Assembly (NCBI GenBank): GCA_963746845.1
Contig: CAVVCZ010000004.1
Span: 608,001 to 672,000, forward strand
DNA from: an uncultured Chloroflexia bacterium
Lineage (GTDB): Bacteria; Chloroflexota; Limnocylindria; Limnocylindrales; CSP1-4
Reading direction: 5' to 3'
Length of the DNA stretch: 64,000 nt
In this document: one piece after another, positions 59,067 to 64,000 of the stretch
Layout of the letters: each line of letters begins with the position of its first letter
Position numbering within the stretch: the first letter of the stretch is position 1
Position numbers and translations under genes: made by a program
Notes under the pieces: model-generated
The model's input: the letters and a program-made list of their open reading frames with translations, nothing else
Databases searched by the model: none
What the model was told of the DNA's origin: nothing

Positions 59067-59255
59067 ATGAGACGAGCGCACCGATCGATCGCCCTGGCCG
59101 CCCTGATCGTCATCTCCGCGTTCGCGGCCGCCTGCACGCCCGGTTCAGGTGGCGCCTCGACGCCCCCGGCGGCGAGCGCCGCACCCGCGGATGCCCCCGC
59201 ACCGTCGGCTGCCGCGCCGGCGCCGAGCACCAGCGGCGGCAAGGGCGACTACTGA
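59067..59255 (+). CDS. Small low-complexity lipoprotein
   Basis: FAAAC lipobox, Ala/Pro-rich, ends GGKGDY. Confidence 0.55.
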   Translation: MRRAHRSIALAALIVISAFAAACTPGSGGASTPPAASAAPADAPAPSAAAPAPSTSGGKGDY

Positions 59256-59272
59256 CCGACCGCACGGCGCGG

Positions 59273-59761
59273 TCAGGTCGGCTGTCGCGAGCCCGCAGGT
59301 CCACCAAGCACGCGGACGTAGATCAGGGCCAGGCCTTCGCGCGCCGCGATGAGCGCGAGGATCAGCACCGTCACCTCGACGAAGCCACCGAGGTGGACGC
59401 GGTCACCGAAGACCAGGTCCACCCCCTCGAGGACGACGAACTTCGAGACGAAGAGGATCACCCACAGGGCCACGAAGCGGAGCTTCCGCCAGATCCCGCC
59501 GCGTGCCTCGAACCATCCGAACACACGCTTCTTCACCAGCACGATCGCGTCCAGCATCAGCTTCAGCAGGATCGCCGTGAGGATCGACATCGTGAACGAC
59601 TCGATGATGAAGCTCGGCGCGTATTCGACGAACAGGTTGATCACGACGACCGATATGAGGACGTCGAACGTCCAGCCGAGGAACCGCGTCTGACGGGCGT
59701 TCGGGAGCGGGACCTCGGGATCCTCGAAGTCCCCGAGGGCGAACGGGACGACCTCCGTCAC
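59273..59761 (-). CDS. Four-TM hypothetical membrane protein
   Basis: VINLFVEY, FVSKFVVLE; GTGA overlap with the upstream small gene. Confidence 0.75.
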   Translation of the reverse strand: MTEVVPFALGDFEDPEVPLPNARQTRFLGWTFDVLISVVVINLFVEYAPSFIIESFTMSILTAILLKLMLDAIVLVKKRVFGWFEARGGIWRKLRFVALWVILFVSKFVVLEGVDLVFGDRVHLGGFVEVTVLILALIAAREGLALIYVRVLGGPAGSRQPT

Positions 59762-59955
59762 GGTCGCGGAGTGGCGCCCGGATTGAACTGGTTCGGCGAT
59801 CCCACGCCGGGCAGCTGATTGGCCGGCGAGGATGGGTTCGGGTTCGGCATCGGCGAGCAGGCTGCCAGGAGGGCACCGGCGATCGCCGCGGCGATGACCG
59901 CTCGCGTGATTCCCAGCTTGATTGCCGCTCGTCCGGATCTCGGTCGTCGGGTCAT
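59758..59955 (-). CDS. Small lipoprotein
   Basis: LLAAC lipobox; stop overlaps the next start. Confidence 0.55.
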   Translation of the reverse strand: MTRRPRSGRAAIKLGITRAVIAAAIAGALLAACSPMPNPNPSSPANQLPGVGSPNQFNPGATPRP

Positions 59956-59980
59956 GACGCGTTCACGATCTCACACTTCG

Positions 59981-60009
59981 TTGTTCTCCCGGAACGCCTC
60001 GGCTACAAT
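59981..60009 (+). promoter_or_regulatory. Sigma70-type promoter
   Basis: TTGTTC-N17-TACAAT. Confidence 0.65.
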
Positions 60010-60169
60010 GCGCCGAGCCTTCGCGCCCGAATCGGGACGTGGCGACGTCGTCGGCGGGGACTGGAACACCCCGTATCCCAAACGATGGCGCCGGCACGGT
60101 TCGATGCGGACACGAAGGTCAGGTTCCGACCGACCGCCCCCAGCCAGGGTCGTGAAGCCGGAGCCGCTC

Positions 60170-60246
60170 GGGCGGCTAGCTCAGCTGGTTAGAGCACTTG
60201 CTTGACATGCAAGAGGTCACTGGTTCGAGTCCAGTGTCGCCCACCA
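60170..60246 (+). tRNA. tRNA-Val(GAC)
   Basis: GGGCGGC/GTCGCCC acceptor, CTTGC-TTGACAT-GCAAG anticodon arm, TTCGAGT, CCA. Confidence 0.97.
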
Positions 60247-60255
60247 CATCCTGAA

Positions 60256-60480
60256 CGCGACGATCGGGACATGCCCATCGGCGTCGCCTCCAGAGAGCCG
60301 GGCCACGGCTGCGAGCCCGGCGGCGCACGACGATCCAGGCACCACCCGTGAGCGACCGGCGAACCGGTCCGGGATCCGCCCGTTAGCGCGGCTACGAGGG
60401 CGCGACGCCGGAAGGCGTCGCGAACGCGGGTGGAACCGCGGGAGGCAAGGACCTCTCGTCCTGCAGGGCGAGAGGTTTCG
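60256..60480 (+). promoter_or_regulatory. T-box riboswitch (Thr) upstream of thrS
   Basis: CAGAGAG box, ACC specifier 60341-60343, CCCGTTA, GGGTGGAACCGCG T-box, hairpin 60451-60479. Confidence 0.9.
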
Positions 60481-60501
60481 TGATTCTCGGAGGATCGAGC
60501 G

Positions 60502-62349
60502 GTGGCAGACGAACGGGACGACGCGGCGATCGCGCTCGACGATGAGCCGCTGTTCGAGGCGCCCGAGCGGGGCTCCGCAGACGAGCTGCTGGACGCCGGC
60601 GCCCATGACGAGCTGGACGCGATGCGTCACTCGGCCGCACACGTGATGGCCGAGGCGGTCCTCGAGCTCTTCCCGGGGACGCAGCTCGGGATCGGCCCGG
60701 CGATCAAGGACGGCTTCTACTACGACTTCAAGCTCGATCGGCCGCTCACGCCAGACGACCTGGCGGCGATCGAGGAGCGGATGGCGGCGTCGGTGGCCGC
60801 CGACCAGCCGTTCGTCCGCCGCGACCTGTCGCCGGAGGAGGGGAGGGCCTTCTTCGTCGAGCGGGACCAGCCGTTCAAGGTGGAGATCCTGGACGACCTT
60901 GCCGCGAAGGCGAAGGCGACCGACAGCCCGATGCCGCCGACGAGCGTCTACGAGCACGGTTCGTTCGTGGACCTGTGCAAGGGCCCGCATGTGGCGAGCA
61001 CGGGCAAGATCGGCCCGTTCAAGCTCCTGGCCGTCTCCGGCGCCTACTGGCGGGGCGACCAGACGCGCCCGGCCCTCCAGCGGGTCTACGGCACGGTCTG
61101 GGAGACCCAGGCCGACCTCGATGCCTACCTCTGGCGACGCGAGGAGGCGAAGAAGCGCGACCATCGTCGGCTCGGCGTCCAGCTGGACCTGTACAGCTTC
61201 CACGACGTCTCGCCCGGCTCGGCGTTCTGGCACCCGAAGGGCCAGCGGATCTGGCGCACGCTCGAGGGTGCCATGCGCGAGCTTCAGACGAGGTACGGCT
61301 ACGACGAGGTGAGCACGCCGATCCTCGTGTCGCATCGCGTCTGGCAGCAGTCCGGCCACTGGGACCACTACCGCGACAACATGTTCATCCTCGACATCGA
61401 GGGTCAGCCGTATTCGCTGAAGCCGATGAACTGCCCGGAGAGCACGTTCATCTACCGGTCGCGGCTGCGGTCCTATCGCGACCTGCCGCTGCGCTACGCG
61501 GAGTACGGGCGGCTCCATCGGAACGAGCTGTCCGGTGCGTTGTCGGGGCTGACGCGCGTCCGCCAGTTCATCCAGGACGACGGCCATGTCTACGTCCGGC
61601 CGGACCAGCTCCAGGCCGAGATCTCGATGCTGATCGCGATGATCCGCGAGGCGTACGGCTGGTTCGGGCTCGAGCCCCGCTACACGTTCGCGACGCGTCC
61701 CGACGGGGCGATCGGCGACCCGGCCCTGTGGGACCGCGCCGAGGGCTACATCAAGGCGGCCCTCGAGGCCGCCGGCGTGCCGTACCGGGTCAAGCCGAAG
61801 GACGGCACGTTCTACGCTCCGAAGATCGACATCTACATCGACGACGCGCTGGGTCGCGAGTGGCAGATGGCGACGATCCAGGCCGACCTGACGATGCTCC
61901 CCGAGCGGTTCGACCTGACCTACATCGACGAGGAGGGCAAGCCCCAGCGCCCGATCGCCGTCCATCGTGCGATCTACGGCTCGCTGGAGCGGTTCATCGG
62001 GATCCTCGTCGAGCACTTCGGCGGGGCGTTCCCGCTGTGGGTCGCACCCGTCCAGGCGGTCGTGATCCCGATCGCCGATCGCCATGTCGACGCGGCGCGC
62101 GAGCTTGCGGGGGTCCTCGGCGCCCGCGGGCTCCGGGTGGAGGTCGACGACTCGTCGAACCGGATGCAGTACAAGATCCGGACGGCCCAGGAGCAGAAGG
62201 TCCCGTACATGGTCGTGCTGGGCGACCGGGAGATCGAGGCGCGCACGGCGTCGCCACGGACGCGGAGCGGCGAGCAGCAGCCCGCTGAGGGCTGGGACGA
62301 GCTCGCGGACCGGCTCGCCGAGGAGGTCCAGGAACGACGCGTGGAATAA
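60502..62349 (+). CDS. thrS: Threonine--tRNA ligase (no N-terminal TGS domain)
   Basis: RHSAAHV, DLCKGPH, RDHRRLG, LKPMNCP, HRAIYGSLERF. Confidence 0.97.
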   Translation: MADERDDAAIALDDEPLFEAPERGSADELLDAGAHDELDAMRHSAAHVMAEAVLELFPGTQLGIGPAIKDGFYYDFKLDRPLTPDDLAAIEERMAASVAADQPFVRRDLSPEEGRAFFVERDQPFKVEILDDLAAKAKATDSPMPPTSVYEHGSFVDLCKGPHVASTGKIGPFKLLAVSGAYWRGDQTRPALQRVYGTVWETQADLDAYLWRREEAKKRDHRRLGVQLDLYSFHDVSPGSAFWHPKGQRIWRTLEGAMRELQTRYGYDEVSTPILVSHRVWQQSGHWDHYRDNMFILDIEGQPYSLKPMNCPESTFIYRSRLRSYRDLPLRYAEYGRLHRNELSGALSGLTRVRQFIQDDGHVYVRPDQLQAEISMLIAMIREAYGWFGLEPRYTFATRPDGAIGDPALWDRAEGYIKAALEAAGVPYRVKPKDGTFYAPKIDIYIDDALGREWQMATIQADLTMLPERFDLTYIDEEGKPQRPIAVHRAIYGSLERFIGILVEHFGGAFPLWVAPVQAVVIPIADRHVDAARELAGVLGARGLRVEVDDSSNRMQYKIRTAQEQKVPYMVVLGDREIEARTASPRTRSGEQQPAEGWDELADRLAEEVQERRVE

Positions 62350-62383
62350 CGGCCCGTGAAGCGCGCCCGATCACGATGTCCGG

Positions 62384-63133
62384 GTGGACGCGCTTCGGTT
62401 CGGTCGGCAGTTCCGGGCGCTGCGGATCCGGCATCGCAAGCGCCAGATCGATCTCTCGGCCGAGTCGGGTCTCTCGCGGTCGTTGATCGCCGCCATCGAT
62501 CGAGGTCAGATCGCCGGCGTGACGGTCGGATCGTTGGCTCGCGCCGCCGAGACGCTTGGTGCGGACGTCGACATCCGGCTCCGATGGCGTGGCGAGCAGC
62601 TGGATCGGCTCCTCGACAGAGACCACGCGCGCGTCGTCGAGGCGATCGTGGGCCGTCTGCGAGGTAGCGGCTGGACGATCGAGGTCGAAGCATCGTTCAA
62701 CATCTGGGGTGAGCGCGGTTCGATCGACGTCCTTGCGTTCCATCCGGGGTTCGGCGCGCTCCTGGTCGTCGAGTGCAAGTCGGTCGTCCCGGATTCGCAG
62801 GCGATGATCCATGCGCTGGACCGCAAGACCCGCCTGGCGGGCGATCTGGCGAAGAAGCGCGGCTGGCACCTGCGGCACACGAGCCGTCTCCTCGCCATCG
62901 CATCGGCGGCCACGGCGCGGCGTCGGATCGCGGAGCTCGGAGCGACCTACGGCGTCGCGTTTCCGGTCCGTGGGACGACGGCTCGCACCTACCTGAAGCG
63001 CCCGACCGCATCGATCAGTGGGTTGCTGTTCGTCTCAATTGACAATCACGCGGGCGCAAGGACGCGCACGGCCGGACACCAGCGCGTCAGGAGGCCGAGA
63101 GAGGCTCATCCGACCACCCACGACGGCGGATGA
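62384..63133 (+). CDS. XRE-type HTH fused to a PD-(D/E)XK nuclease-like domain
   Basis: RQIDLSAESGLSRSLIAAIDRG; VEASF..GERGSIDVL..LVVECKS; CACGAT -10 six nt before GTG. Confidence 0.85.
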   Translation: MDALRFGRQFRALRIRHRKRQIDLSAESGLSRSLIAAIDRGQIAGVTVGSLARAAETLGADVDIRLRWRGEQLDRLLDRDHARVVEAIVGRLRGSGWTIEVEASFNIWGERGSIDVLAFHPGFGALLVVECKSVVPDSQAMIHALDRKTRLAGDLAKKRGWHLRHTSRLLAIASAATARRRIAELGATYGVAFPVRGTTARTYLKRPTASISGLLFVSIDNHAGARTRTAGHQRVRRPREAHPTTHDGG

Positions 63134-63194
63134 GAAGGATCGAAAGCCACGTCCCGTCGCCTTGATGGATACGGTCAACATGGCTGTCAATTGA
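63031..63194. repeat. Inverted-repeat element overlapping the 3' end of the HTH-nuclease gene
   Basis: Perfect 11-bp IR CTCAATTGACA (63034) / TGTCAATTGAG (63185), 17/22 when extended. Confidence 0.65.
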
Positions 63195-63240
63195 GCGGAA
63201 CCGGCCGCGCTGGAGTCGCCAGCGGACGCCCGTCGGCCGA

Positions 63241-63270
63241 TTGCCCGGGTCGGAAACGCTGTGCTATCGT
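63241..63270 (+). promoter_or_regulatory. Sigma70-type promoter for infC
   Basis: TTGCCC-N18-TATCGT. Confidence 0.5.
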
Positions 63271-63348
63271 TCCCGTCCGACTGGCGCCCCGGGCGCCGCG
63301 TGTCCGCGCGCCGGTCGAAGCAATCGGAATCGCTCGAAGGGGTCAGCC

Positions 63349-64000
63349 ATAGCACGAGACCTGCGCGTCAACCAGATGATCAGGATCCCTCAGGTCCGGG
63401 TCGTCGATGAAGAGGGAGCCCAGCTGGGTGTGATGCCCACGCCCCAGGCCCTCGCCATGGCGCAGGAACGGGGGCTCGACCTCGTCGAGGTTGCCCCGCT
63501 GGCCTCACCGCCGGTCGTCAAGTTCCTCGACTTCGGTCAGTACAAGTACGAGCTGACCAAGCGCGAGAAGGAGAACAAGCGCCGGCAGCGCTCGGTGACG
63601 TTCAAGGAGGTCCGCCTCTCGCCGAAGATCGGCCAGGGCGACTTCGACACGAAGGTCCATCGGGCGATCGAGTTCCTCGAGGACGGGGACCGGATCAAGG
63701 TCACCGTGCGGTTCCGGGGTCGGGAGCTGACCCACCCGGAGCTCGGTCGCAACATGCTGATGAAGTTCACGGACAGGATCAAGGAACACGGGGTCGCGGA
63801 ACGGGCACCGCTCCTCGAAGGGAAGTCGATGCACCTCACGGTCGCGTCGCTCCACAAGCCCAGGGAGCACGAGGCCAGCCAGAAGCCACGACCGACCGAT
63901 GGGGCGGCCGAGGCGCAGACCGAGGCCCCGGCAGAGGCACCCGTGGCGGCGAAGTCCGCCGAGTCGACCGCCGAGCCGACCGCCGCACCGACGAAGCAGC
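63349..64000 (+). CDS. infC: Translation initiation factor IF-3 (ATA start, runs off window)
   Basis: [51 protein letters not shown]; absent from the ORF track. Confidence 0.95.
   Translation, partial: MARDLRVNQMIRIPQVRVVDEEGAQLGVMPTPQALAMAQERGLDLVEVAPLASPPVVKFLDFGQYKYELTKREKENKRRQRSVTFKEVRLSPKIGQGDFDTKVHRAIEFLEDGDRIKVTVRFRGRELTHPELGRNMLMKFTDRIKEHGVAERAPLLEGKSMHLTVASLHKPREHEASQKPRPTDGAAEAQTEAPAEAPVAAKSAESTAEPTAAPTKQ

Noticed and set aside
60016-60165. SRP RNA identity for the hairpin upstream of tRNA-Val
   Set aside because: Lacks the conserved helix 8 CAGG-GNRA-AGCAG signature.
1-64000. Many long alternative-frame and antisense ORFs (e.g. 6164-8386, 35820-38993, 54691-57114)
   Set aside because: Arg/Pro/Gly-rich shadows of real genes, expected at this GC content; no recognisable motifs.
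1-64000. CRISPR array, cas genes, transposase, integrase or prophage genes
   Set aside because: No regularly spaced direct repeats and no such protein motifs were seen.

Overview
Very GC-rich bacterial chromosome segment; gene content and style suggest Chloroflexota, possibly Limnocylindria-like (inference only). Most of it is housekeeping and metabolic: moeA-moaC-mog, a FadF-like Fe-S oxidoreductase with acyl-CoA dehydrogenase and etfBA, nrdR-dcd, ccdA/TlpA, cysS, a DUF881 pair, trmH, and tRNA-Val/T-box/thrS/infC. An accessory block follows tRNA-Arg(CCT), with two ECF sigma/beta-propeller pairs, an orphan DctP, a GerMN lipoprotein and an att-like copy of the tRNA 3' end. Most notable: (1) an XRE-HTH/PD-(D/E)XK nuclease gene between thrS and infC whose 3' end overlaps a ~165-nt inverted-repeat element, with a gene-less copy of the same end motifs 40 kb away; (2) a GT2-like glycosyltransferase carrying a CysRS anticodon-binding-like domain, tail-to-tail with cysS; (3) a class-3-type LAGLIDADG intein in dCTP deaminase, downstream of tandem NrdR boxes; (4) rod-like candidate ncRNAs at 19.4-19.7 kb (6S/Ms1-like) and upstream of tRNA-Val; (5) a PLP decarboxylase-cNMP domain fusion. 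Four single-base frameshifts probably reflect sequencing error. All family calls are from motif recognition by eye, not database searches.
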